A DNA stretch of 64,000 bases, from positions 11,815,559 through 11,879,558 of the forward strand of contig MU053934.1 in the NCBI GenBank assembly GCA_013239625.1. The letters are read 5' to 3'. This DNA comes from Lama guanicoe (Eukaryota). Below, one piece after another: positions 51,101-62,415 of this stretch. The notes below the pieces were generated by a model that worked only from the letters and a program-made list of their open reading frames with translations, searched no databases and was not told the DNA's origin. Positions within the stretch are counted from its first letter, which is position 1. Every line of letters starts with the position of its first letter. Position numbers and translations under genes: made by a program.

Positions 51101-52242
51101 TCTTTTCTAAGTCAGCCAGTCTGAACGCAGTGGTGATCGCAGTCCCTCAGAGGGACTCAGGCCCAGGAGGTGGGGCCACGCATCTGCTGCCCCGTCGGGC
51201 GGCGAGGGTCCTTCCAGCCTGAGATCGGCGGCCGCGTGGCTGGCTGTGAGCAGACACACAGGCACACACCCACACGGCCCCAAGGGCAGCCCCTTGGGGA
51301 GGCCTGGGCTCTGAGTCTCCGGGGCGGGTGAGGAGAAAACCGGCCCAGAGGAGGGGGCCGGGAGGGGCTCGGAGCAGACGCGCCGGCAGGACGGAGTGTG
51401 GACCCTCACGTACTAACTAATCCAGCTCTCTCGTCACTCCCAGCCCCACGTGGGCCGTCTCATCTTCCCAGGGGCTCACCCGCCCCCACCTCCTTCTCCC
51501 AGAGGGAAGCCTGCAGCCCCGTGGACACACGCCTTGTCTGGCCGCGCCGTGCTTGCCTTCCCTGGAGAACAACGGGAGACAAAGCCGCCTGTGCTCAGGG
51601 CGTCAGTAACTTAATCCGGAAAGAAGACCATAAGGGAACACGCAACCCACGCACGCAGGTCCGGCTCCAGTTCATCACTTATGAAAATGAAACAAAAGCC
51701 TTTACTTAGGAATCACTTGCTCCGTCTTAAGGACAGGAGTCTAGGCGTGGGGCGTGACTCCCGCGTCCCCACACAACACTCTTACGGAGACCCAACTGTG
51801 GGAAGAAATACATCCCAAAAATGGACAGGAGCTGCCTCTGGGCAACCCAGGGTGGACAGGCTATTTCTAACTCCCCTCTTTGTGTTTTTCAGCGTCTTCC
51901 CAGCCCTCGGTGATGAGCACATTCAGTCTTACGATAAAGGCATGTTTTAAAATAAGGGGTAAGTCAAAGCTGAGGTGCATTACTTTCAAACATCCGAAGT
52001 CTGTTAACATCTCATCACACGCACGTCTCTGCCCAGAGCTCGAGAAAGCAGACGGGACACCTCCCTCCTGAGATCTCGTGCCTGAATTTGAGCAAATGCG
52101 TGGCCTTTGCTCCCCTCCCCTCGCAAAGGCGACTCTGCAAAGATGGGGCCCCGAATCTGAGGCGGGGCCGGGGATGGAGGAATTCCTCTCCCGGATTCAC
52201 GTGCCTCACCCGAGAAATGAAGAGAGAAAAGGGTGCTGGCTG

Positions 52243-52575
52243 TGCTGTGGTCCAGATGTCAGTGTCCCCAAATTACACAATGACGCCCTCGTCCCCAAGG
52301 CGGCGCTGTCGGGAGGTGGGGCACGGGCTGATGGGGTCCTGAGGGCGGAGCCCTCGTGATGGGATCCATGCCCCAACTGGACGAGAGACCCAGAGGGAAC
52401 TCCCGCCCCATCTGCTGTGTGGACGCAGCGGGAAGACGGTGCAGGCGCAGACCTTCACCCGACGCGGAGTCTGCAGGCAACTGGACCTCGACTTCCAGCC
52501 CCCAGAATGGCACGAGATCAATGCTGCTGCCGCGCAGCCGCCCGGCCCATGGTATTCTGCTGTAACAGAACCACC
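52243..52575 (+). mobile_element. MLT1A-like MaLR LTR
   Basis: tgctgtggtccagatgt...ggaggtgggg...tgagggcggagccctcgtgatgggat...gacttccagcccccagaa...atggtattctgctgtaacag. Confidence 0.85.
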
Positions 52576-54179
52576 GTCCTCCACCCAAGCTCCTTCTGGT
52601 GCCAACGCCGCGGTTTGAGATGCAATCAGGACGTTCTAGGTGTGTCTGGACAGCCCGTGCATCACCCTCCACCCCTCCCCCACCAGGTGCTGCAGGGAAG
52701 CGGAGCCCGTCCCCACACCACGCCTCCTCCCTGCGGGACCCCCGCGTGTGCAGACACCATCTCCTTGGACAAGGACACAGCCCATGCGCGGGCGGCCTTG
52801 CCTGGAGCTCTGCGCACCTGCCCGAGGCCCCTCAGCTCCCGTGGGAGCCGCGCTGACGCCGTGTGCCCAGCACCACGTTGGGGGCTGCAGGGACCACAGA
52901 GAAACCACCAACACACATGCCTAAGACGCCCCAGTGACAGAATGGCAGCGCAGGGATGTCCCTGAGCTGAACATGAGCCCTCTCCCCTTATGAAAGTTTT
53001 AAAGAGAAATTAAAGTTTAAACATTAAATTCCTTGCAAGCTGGAGTTCAAATCATTGAAATCCCAAGAAATCTAATGGGCGCCTTGCCTTTGGGGCTGAG
53101 CCCTGCTTCTCCCCAGCTTCGGGTCCGTGACGCCCAGTGACGCCCAGGGACGGCCGGGGCCCCAGAGGTGGTGGGCGTCCTTGTCCCTCCAGGCCTCAGG
53201 GGCTGAACAACGCCGGCCTTTCCCAGGAACCACCACACTGACCTGAGAGCCAGGCCAGTGCCAGCAGCAGCGCCCAATGCCGCCCTCCGTCCAGTCCTCC
53301 AGCCCCAGCATCCCCAACGAGAGACAAGCGTCAGCTGCCATGTCACCTGCCTTCCCGGGAGTCTGAGCCCCCTTCTCTCGTCAGGAGGCCGGGCCATCTT
53401 TCTCTGCCCACGGCCCAACACCAACAACCCTCTGCAGACCCTTTCAGTTTCAGGACCCCCGGAACCCCAGGGGGCTGGGGAGGGGACTCGGGGGTCACAG
53501 GCACTGCCTGAGAGGCTCAAGCCTGGGCCAGAAGGACGCAGAGGCAGTGTTTCAGGCTCAGAACCACAGGGAGCGGTACGCGGGGTCTGGCTCAGGGTGG
53601 GTCAGCCGGCCACCCCATCCCGCAGGTCCTGACGTGACTCACAGTCGGCGGGGCTGAGGGCTGCTGGGAAGTATAGAAACAGAAGTCCTCGTGCCGCCGA
53701 GCCCAGGCTGGGCCCACCCGCACCCCAGTGATGCCCGCCGGCACTGGCCACGCAGCCCCGACCGAGAAGGACCTGCCCACTCCAGGTGCGTTACCTGCTG
53801 GAGCCACAGACACAGCGTGAGGACCACTTGGAGCCGTCGGTGGGGGAGCGGTGTGCCAGCCAGAGTGACCAGCGGTCACGTCCGCCCCAGGGCACCACCC
53901 GTCCGCTTGGGCACCGGCCTGGCCAGAGCTCCCAGGCTGGGCATCAGAGAGCGCCCAGCCCGGCAGACCAGTCCATGTGGAAAGCTCTCTTTCCAGCTCC
54001 TTCTGAGCAAAAGAGGTTGTGCCCCCCGGGGGGATGGCAGGGGGAGGGATGAAGACCCCAAGGTAGACGGAGGGAGCGACAGGGAGGGGAGGCCGGGCTT
54101 CTGCAGCACCTTCGTGTTCCGGGGCCCTGTCCCCACGGCGCCCCCGGCCAGAGGCTCCGACGGGCAGGGCTGTGGAGGG

Positions 54180-54476
54180 CGGGGCCGTCCACGGACACAT
54201 ACCTCGTACTCCCACATCCCAGAGGACGAGACCGGGACCCAGAGTCACCCGGCCAGCTCCTCCCGCGGCCTCGCTCCTCCCCCCGTGTCTGTCCCTCGGT
54301 CTGGGCGTCCGTCCTCGTCTCCACATCTCCTGAGGACCCCCACCATGTTGGGCCAGGACCCACCCAGTGACCTCATCTCACCCTGATCACCTCTTTCAAG
54401 ACCCCTGTCCAAACGCAGTCACGTCTGAGGAGCTGGGGCTTCACCGTCTGAAACTGGGGGCACGGCTCTGCCCATG
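54180..54476 (-). mobile_element. MLT1B-like MaLR LTR
   Basis: cccacccagtgacctcatctcaccctgatcacctctttcaagacccctgtccaaacgcagtcacgtctgaggagctgggg. Confidence 0.75.
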
Positions 54477-55069
54477 GCAGGTGGCGATGGGTTTAGGACG
54501 TGAGAGCAGGAGGAAGACGGTTTGCTCCGGGGGACAGGGAGGAAAGGCTGGGCAGTGGGGGCAGGTCTAGCCCAAGTCCACAGCCAGTACTGACCAGCCG
54601 ACGCCTGGGCTGACCAAGGCGAGGGGTCCAGCCCCGTCGCAGCAACGCGTCCTCCACCTGGGGACAGGGTGGCAGGTGAGGGCAGCCCCGATGGACAGAC
54701 GGGCTCAGGACGGGAGTGGACCGGCACGGGGCCGGCGTGGACTCGCGGAGCCGGAGCGCGGGGAAGGGCGCCCTGCCTCCCCCAGGATGGCGCGGTGCCC
54801 CCCGGGCGTCAGGCTTCTCTGCGGTGCGTCCACAGGAGGACAGCTTCTCCCGTCCTCGCCGACCGTCCTCAGCACCCAGAAGACCCCCGGGAGCCAGCAC
54901 AGGCCCCCGAGCTGAGGCGTCTTGAGGGGGTTTGTCGGGTTTCTCCCAACAAGCGAATTCATCCCGGGAGTAGGTCTGAGTCCCAGCGCCAGCCGCCCAG
55001 TGTAGACGCCCAACACTGAACCTGCTTCAGACTCATCTTACAGCGCCGGCGTGCCTTGAAGCCGACATT

Positions 55070-55385
55070 GCCCCCGTGATAAATGTCTCCTCAAGAGCTT
55101 CCCACCGTCCCTGTTAATCCTGGGGGGAACCACCCCTCCGTTTTCCAGGCAACCTCCTTATGTAAACAAAGTGGTTAATTAGACCTTCTCTGAGCTGCTG
55201 AAGATGTTTCTGCTTTAAAAGAACAAGTAATCACAATATGAAAACCACAGCATTTCTAATCTGTCAACTAATTCTGCCACCATATTTTTAGAAAAATGGA
55301 TTCACATAATTTATTAATACGTCTCGTCTAATTTCATTCATAAATAAGTAATTGCATTTCAACTCGTGTCTGACAGATCGGAAAG
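55070..55385. promoter_or_regulatory. Candidate conserved non-coding element
   Basis: AT-rich island; FOX TGTAAACA 55161, TTAATTAG 55175, RUNX AACCACA 55243, CTGTCA/TGACAG words, multiple TAAT. Confidence 0.45.
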
Positions 55386-57407
55386 GTTGTGAGGCCTCCA
55401 TGTTCTAGGAAAACCCGGGGGCGAGAGGGTGACATGGTGTCAACGGGCGTCTGGGGGACATCGTGGAAGCTAGTCTGTGCGTCCTGGTCAGAGACCCGCC
55501 CGGCGGGCAGCGTCCTGGCCTGTTCCTAGAAGCCGTCGCTCATGCTGTGGCTTCAGTTATAAACTTAACCCAGAAGGAGGGGGCAGCACCAGGCTGTTCT
55601 CAGAGGCACCTGGCCAAGCGGTCCGGGGGCGGTGAGCAGGGCTGGGAGGGACTGGGACCCGGTGGACACCCCTGGGGACCCTCTGGGCTGGCGGCCCCAG
55701 CTGAGGACAGCACAGAGGGGACCTGCCTGGCAAGACACAGTCCCGCCCCTGGGTCAGTCCACCTGCCTCCTGGTGGCCGGGGGAGGGCACATCTGTCACA
55801 GAAGCGGGCACCTGCTCCAAGAAGGGGTGCGGGGCAGCAGGGGAACCAGGCTCCGCCCAGCAGAACAGGCGCCCGATGAGCCCCTAGTGCCCATGTTCCT
55901 CAGAGCGATTCCTGCAGCCCCGCACCGGCATCTCTGCACCTGACCTCTGCTCCGGGCCGCTGGCAGTGACCCAGTCAGGTGTCTCAAACCAGGTGGCCCA
56001 GGCAAGCCGCCTCCCTCCTCTTAAAACCCGCCTCGGTCACCAGGATACCCCACCTGTGCCTGCCGTCCCCCTGTCCTCAGTGACACCAGCGACATGGAGC
56101 CTTGGACGCTGGACGGAAGCCCGTGCAGGCCCCTCAGCCTGGGCCGGGCTTGCTCTCCCCCACCCCCGAGTGGGTGGGCGAGGGTTGAAGCCGTGCCCGC
56201 CCCTCCCCAGGCAGCGGCCTCCTCCCCACTCCCAGCACCCTGTCGCCATGCCGGTCCCCGGCGCTGCCCCCTTCCTGACAGGCTCCTCAGGGAGACCCCA
56301 GAGCCCACAGCCCGCGGGGTTGTCCTGGCTTGGAGCAGAGCCTCCGAGGCTGGGGTGGGACAGGAGACGCCGGGCACCTCGGGGCCCCGGGAAGCACCCG
56401 GCTGCTCCGCCGTCAGATCTGACAGTCGCTTCCTTTGCGACTTCCGGGCCTCGCTCCCTCTCAGGCCTTTATTAAAGTCTGTTCTGGGCCTTTCCGCCCT
56501 CAGGGTGCTGCTGCTGCAGACCTGACTCCTCCCTGCGCTCACGGTCCGCCGCGAACCAGCCCCCTTCTCTCCCCGCTGGCCAGACAGGCGCTCCGGGGTG
56601 GGGGTCGGGGTCGGCCAGCCCCCTGGGCGTGGGGGCGCGCGGCCTCTCTGAGTCAGTCACCGCGCCGCCCCTTGCTCAGAAGCCCTCCCAGCCCCTGGCT
56701 TCCCAGCTGGCGCGTGAGGACGAGGAGGGAAAGCGAATCACCTGAAAGTCAGGGCCGTGAGGTCACGGGGCGACCGCTTCCCTCGACCGACCGGAGAGAC
56801 GGGCGGCAGGCGTGCAGAACCCCGATTACTGGGCCTGGCCGGGGGTCAGGGCGGGGGACCTGGCCTGCGGCAACTTGCAGGAGGCTCTGCGTGGATGAGC
56901 CTGAGAGCTGCAGACTCGGGGCGCCCAGGCCTGGGACCCCATTTTCACCAGTTTTACTGCCTCCGGGACCCCCCGCCCGCCGGCCCTCCCAACGCAGCAG
57001 GAGGGAGAGCCCTGCGATTCCCGCAGGAGGGAGCGGGGGTCAGTCTGCTCTCAGCAAGCCTGTCCGGTCCCGGGGCGGGGGAGCGCCCCCAGAGGCTGAC
57101 CTGCTGCGGGCTTATCAGGCCCGGCTGACCTGGGGAGGCGAGGCATCCGCTCCAGCCCGCTCCCAGCTCAGGGGGAGAACCAGAGCGGGCGCGCGTGAGG
57201 GTCGCAGCTCAGGGCACGGGCTCGCCGGGGACCCGGACCTCAGCATCGTCGGGCGGCCAAGCGCCCCTCCCCACACCTTCCCACCAGCCCTGGGCAGCCG
57301 CGGGAGCCCGACTGAACGGCGGCGAGTCCCAGACCTTAGTTTCGATGAGGAAACACTAGAGAACAAGGGAAGTAAAAGGAAACCTTCCTGGGGCAGCAGG
57401 GAGCGGT

Positions 57408-57525
57408 GGGGGGGGGCTACAGCTCAGGGGTGGAGCGTGTGCTTAGCGAGCACACGGTCCTGGGTTCAATCCCCAGCACCTCCGTTTAATAAATAAATAA
57501 ACCTAATTACCTCCCCACCAAAACA
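57408..57525 (+). mobile_element. tRNA-derived SINE (camelid Vic-1 type)
   Basis: A-box-like agctcaggggtggagc, B-box GGTTCAATCCC 57463-57473, tail aataaataaataaacctaattacctcccc as recalled for camelid SINEs. Confidence 0.85.
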
Positions 57526-57544
57526 CAGCAGAAAAGAGAACATA

Positions 57545-57670
57545 ATTCCTTGTAATAGTAATGGGTAAGAACTGAAAATGCATACGTGTGTGTGTGCACG
57601 ACTGAGCCGCTTTCTGCACACCTGAGACCAGCATCGTAAAGCAACCGCACCGCCATAAAAAACAACAATA
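57545..57670 (+). mobile_element. Artiodactyl-type LINE-1 extreme 3' tail
   Basis: cttgtaata...actgagccgctttctgcacacctgagaccagcatcgtaaagcaacc...ataaaaaa resembles the recalled tail actgaatcactttgctgtacacctgaaactaacac...gtaaatcaactatac. Confidence 0.7.
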
Positions 57671-59244
57671 AGCAAACCTAATGGCCTCCCCCCAAAGTGC
57701 TCTTCTTACTAAATAAAACAAACCTTCTCTTTTGCTCCTCCTTGGCTGGTCCAGCACGCAGGCGTTTGTTCAAAACCGCAGCGGCAGCAGCGTGCATGGG
57801 GCCTGCAGCCTCGGGGTGAGGGCTTCAGTGACCGGGTCACAGGGACAGGGGAGGGCTGGGACGTGACAAGGCGTCTGCACTCCCGCCAGGCGGCACAGCG
57901 CTGCGCCAAGCGTGCTCGCACCCCTGGGAGACGGGTGTTGCCAACGCGGGCAGCCACTAAAGAAGTTTGAGAAAATATAAAAATGCGGTTGATGTGCTGA
58001 GAGAGGAGAGAGAATGACATCGTGTGAAAGGCTCAGTCGAAAGCAGAGAAGGCGGAGAAAGAGCGGGAGACCCCATGAGAAACCGGGAACAGGACAGGGG
58101 GTCACAGCCAGTCACAGGTGTGGGTGACGCGAGCCCTCCTGCGCCAGCGGTCGCTGCTCCCGGGCGACGCCTGAGCCCCACTTCCTCCCAGAGCCCCCAG
58201 CCCCCGGGGAGGCGGCGGGTGAGCGGCCCCCTCCCCACGCCCGGCAGAGCCCTTGGGAAGCCCCGAACTGGGCGGGACCGGCAGCTCCGTGGCCTCCCGG
58301 CCTCGCTGCCCAGAGCCCTGAGGCCACTGCCCTCCGCCCACAAGGGAACGATCTGGGGTGCGTCCCGCGGGGAGAGAGCACACAGTCCCTTCCTCCGTTC
58401 CCTGAAGATCTGAACTCAGTCTTGGTCTGAACGTTCAGAAGCAGCGCTCGCCCCACGACAAAGGCCTTCGAGGCCCCCTCGCTGCCTCCAACCTCGCTTC
58501 CGGGAAGAGGGCACCCGGGCGTGGCTCTGGGGAAGCCTAGAGTGTCCCCTTGCCCCTGGTGCCCAGTGTCCTTGTAGCGAGGCATCTCTAGAACTTAAAC
58601 TAAGTGTGTCATTTGTCGGGGTCGAGGCCACATCCCGTCCTGGAAACAAACCAGGGTGCACACATCCCAGAGCACGGCCTGAAAACTGAAGCTCTGTGCC
58701 AGCAAGAGGCTCATGCCCAGTGTCCCCAGTGTCCCCAGGGTCCAGGACGGAAGTGGGGGCGGGGAGGGAGAAAGGAGGGCCGGCTCCCTCCCCCCACCGG
58801 GAGCAGGCAGGGGCCGAGGGCAGGGAGGGCCCAGCCAGAGCAGGCGGCCTCCGGCCGGTGCACCCCATGGACCTACCAGACTCACCTGCACCAGGGGCAG
58901 GGCTGCAGGGCTTCCGGCACTCCCGTCCGCTCCCCCCCGAGCAGCCCCCGGTCCTAGACCCGGCCGGCAGCTCCCCGGGACCAGGCGGGCAGAGCCTGGG
59001 CCAAGGCCCCCTCTCTCTGGGCAGAGCCCCGGGAAGGCCCTCTCTGAGATGCAGTCGAAGGACCGTAGGAGGAGACACGGCAAATCTGGGCATTGCCCGG
59101 GGAACCGATCAGACACAGTCACGTTGGAGAGGCAGAGACGCCCTGGTTCCTGTATCTGCTCCGTTTTAACTTAGGCTCCCAAATCCCTGAGTCAACAGCG
59201 GGTCCTGCAAGTGGTTGCATCAGAGGGAGGTGGACGTGGGGCCA

Positions 59245-59263
59245 CAGCGCCACCTGCAGGGCG
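59245..59263 (-). promoter_or_regulatory. Candidate CTCF site
   Basis: Minus strand reads CGCCCTGCAGGTGGCGCTG, close to the CTCF core CCASYAGRKGGCRS. Confidence 0.35.
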
Positions 59264-59714
59264 CGGCTGCCGGCCGGCGGGCGGGGCGGGGCTCCCCCAC
59301 GGGAACCGGGGGCCCCCCAGAGCCAGAGCCGTCGCTGCAACAGAAGGGCCAGGGGGCCGCCGGGAACAAGAAGTTCTTGCACCAAAGGCACGGAATCAGT
59401 TGGAATAAGTTTTAGGGGAAACTATCTGAATAAACACTTGCGTTCAGCAGGACTTGGCTTCAGCTGCCTTTGAGGGGCTGGCGCTCAGCTGAGAGCTGCC
59501 TCCAGGGTCACGGGCTCCCCCTGCCGTCCCGGGGGGCTTGCGGCACAGAGGTGGGCCTCCGGGGCCCCCGTCCCCAAGGAGGAAACCACCCTGGCTCTGC
59601 TTTTTCAGCTGTGCCGTCCCCGTCCTGCTAAGCCACCCGCCACTGGCCCAGACCATCGCTCGTGGAAGCCCAGGCCCTCCAAGGTGACCCTGCCACAGCC
59701 GGAGATGCTGCCAG

Positions 59715-59888
59715 TGGGGTCCTGGTGGGGTCTCTCTATCCCTGGTGGGGTCCCTCTATGGCCCTGGGGGGGTCCCGGGGGGTCTCCCTCTGTCCCTGGT
59801 GGGGTCCCGGGGGGGTCTCTCTCTGGCCCTGGTGGGGTCTCTCTCTGGCCCTGGTGGGGTCCCGGGGGGGTCTCCCTCTGTCCCTGGC
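59715..59888. repeat. G-rich minisatellite with two unit lengths
   Basis: Repeated ccctggtggggtc[ccgggggggtc]tctctctg units. Confidence 0.9.
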
Positions 59889-60441
59889 TCTTTCATCCTT
59901 CCCCTGCTCACTCCTTTCACCAAATATCCTCTGAGCCTCAAGTATGTGCAGACAGCCGCGTGACGGCCTTTGGGGAGACAGGGAGAGGGAGTGGCTCACG
60001 GGGGTGGCACTGGGTCCCGCAGAGCCTGTGCTGTAGCCTGAGCACAGGGGAGGCGGAGCCCGCGGGGAAGGGGCCACACCTCGGAGCAGCCCAGACACTC
60101 GCTCTGGGAGGAAGCGTGCTGCGCTGAGCTGTCCAAGTCGTTGCGGTGTTCCTCCCGCGGCGTTAAAACTTTAATGTAAGGATGCCGGGCCCGGGTCCCA
60201 CAAGGAACTGGCGGGACCCCCGGACCCCACGAGTGGCCAGAGGTCCCTCAGAGCCTCCAGGCGCCTCCAGTCAGCTCTGGGGCCGTGAGGACAGCCTGGC
60301 CCTGAGGGAAGCCCGGGGCCCCAGGAGTCGGAGCGGCGTGGGGGCGCACACACGGCTGCCCGGCCCTGTGCCCCGGCCTCCTTCCTGGGGGGGTGCTGCT
60401 CTCCCCTGATGACTGTTTCCCTCCAAAGCTGCCTTACTTGA

Positions 60442-60640
60442 CTCCAAATACCAAAGTTAACTCAAACGGACCAAAGACCTACCTGCCAGAGCTAAAACTA
60501 TGGAACTCTTAGAAGAAAACATAGAGGGAAGGTTCATGACTGGACTTGCCGTGATTTCTTGGATCTGACACCAAAAGCACAGGCAACAAAAGAAAAAAAC
60601 AGGAAAGTTGGACTTCATCAAAATCTATAACTTGCGTGCA
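60442..60640 (+). mobile_element. LINE-1 ORF2 fragment (L1MB-like)
   Basis: agagctaaaactatggaactcttagaagaaaacatag...gatttcttggatctgacaccaaaagcacaggcaacaaaagaaaaaa...ttggacttcatcaaaat. Confidence 0.9.
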
Positions 60641-61774
60641 CCCCCGCCCACTCCGACGGACTCTGATTCTGGGGAGTTTGGTGTCCACATCGCTCCCCAT
60701 CGGCCTCCCCAGGACCAAGGTGGGCTCCCTCCTGTAAGCCACCTGCATGTGCGTGGGGAGAGCTGGAGCGGGGGTCAGGCTGCCCCAGGCCCCCACGACC
60801 CCGAGAGCCAGCGAGAAGGCGGCTGAGCCTGGCAGGCACCCTGCACATCATGCAGGACACTCCGTCCACTTGCAGGATGCAGGGGGGCCTGGGAGAAGCA
60901 GCCGTCCGCACAGAAGCCCGCTCTCTCCAGAGCAGAGGCTGCAGGGGCCCAGAGCCTGCGTCCACCGTCCCGGAGGACACGCGCACACCCACGTCCTCGC
61001 TTGGGGCCCCATCCTTCAAGGGCCCTGTCTGCGATGAGCCACACCGGGGGAGCTTCAGCGAGCCCCCCGGACACCCAGAGCCTCCATGTCCAGGCGGGAA
61101 GCAACCCCCACGTTTCAGGCCCCACGACTCCAGCCGGAGCTTAGTCCCTACAGGATCCCAGCCTTCCCTTCCCGGCACCGCCACCCTGGCGAGGCAGCAG
61201 GGGTCCCCCAGCCCGGGGCCTCACCCGCGGAGGGGTCTGCACGACGGGCGGGCACTCTGGGCCCAGGCACCACGAAAGGGGGTAAACACACGAGGGTGAA
61301 GGCAGGTGACAGTGGCCTTGGGGTCAGGTTCTCTTTGCATTTCCCAGATGGCTCCACTTACGACCCTCTGAGAATTTACCTGAATCTCTAGCAGTTTGAA
61401 ACTTTCTTCATTTCCCTGTTTACTGAGAAACTCAGTTCTCAAGTGCTCAAAGCTCACAGGCCGAGCTCAGACTTCCTCTTCGTGATTCACCACAGGGCCT
61501 GCGGGAGCGGGGGTCCCTCTGCAGGTTCTCCTCACCGTCTGAGGACAGCGCCCCCCAGGACCCCCGCCCCCAGTGAGCAGGCGGAGCTGTCCGGGCTCCA
61601 GGCCGGCCCGCCTCCCGCCCTCTCACCTCGCCCTGGCCCCAGGCCTGGGCGCGAGCCCCTCCGGCATCTGACTGCACACCCGCGGCTGCGGTTTCCCGCC
61701 CGTGTCTCCCCTGTTCCAAGCAGTCTGCGCTAAATGCTAAGCATCGCGTCCTCTCCCAGCTCATGAGCAGACTG

Positions 61775-61890
61775 TTCCCATCACCTCCGTTTTACAATTA
61801 ACACAAATGAAGCACAGAGAGGGCCAGTGACTTGCCCAAGGCCACGCAGCTCTTCAGCCACAGGCTGGCTGCAAAATCAGCCTCTTCACC
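61775..61890 (-). mobile_element. MIR SINE fragment
   Basis: ctccgttttaca...gaagcacagagagggccagtgacttgcccaaggccacgcagct. Confidence 0.7.
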
Positions 61891-62262
61891 GTCCTGAACT
61901 GCCCCTGGGGGTGCGCCCCCTGGGCCGGCTTGAGAAGAAGTGAAGGCGGGCAGGTCACAGTACATGCCGAGAGCCCTTCCAAGGATCCGGGCACCGGCTT
62001 ACGAGGGCACGGGGTTCAGAAGGGATGGGGACCGGGCACCGGCTCTGAGCAGGGGAGACCCAGCACAACCCCACGTGCGCTTGGAGACGCAGGAGGGAGA
62101 GAGGCCTGAGAGACGGCGAGGAGTTGGTGGCAGGGCCTTCTGGGAAGAACAGGGGACTTGGGGGCGGCCAGGGAGTGGGACATGCGGGAAGGGGCGGCCG
62201 GAGATGGAGGGTCTGCCTGGAGCCATGCTGACGCCGGTGCTGGTGGGAAACTGGGCTTTGGG

Positions 62263-62415
62263 GTTTAAATAAATTGAAAACAAAACTTTAAGCTCCAGCC
62301 CCCTGGGTAAACTTTTCCTCGGAATTAATTTCCAAGATAAATTGTTTTGGAATTGTTTGGTGCATGTCGTCTAAGCCCCCAATGTTTCTCTGATTAGACG
62401 TTTTCATCTAAGCAG
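62263..62415. promoter_or_regulatory. Candidate conserved non-coding element
   Basis: AT-rich non-repeat island with ggaattaatttcc, AGATAA, TGATTAG and AAACAA/TTGTTT words. Confidence 0.3.

Noticed and set aside
57408..57485. Possible tRNA gene
   Set aside because: Has A/B boxes but no convincing cloverleaf and carries a SINE-type A-rich tail.
56435..57496. 353-aa ORF
   Set aside because: Low-complexity GC-driven composition; its C-terminus runs into the SINE.
59715..59888. CRISPR-like repeat-spacer array
   Set aside because: No unique spacers, eukaryotic context, no cas genes.
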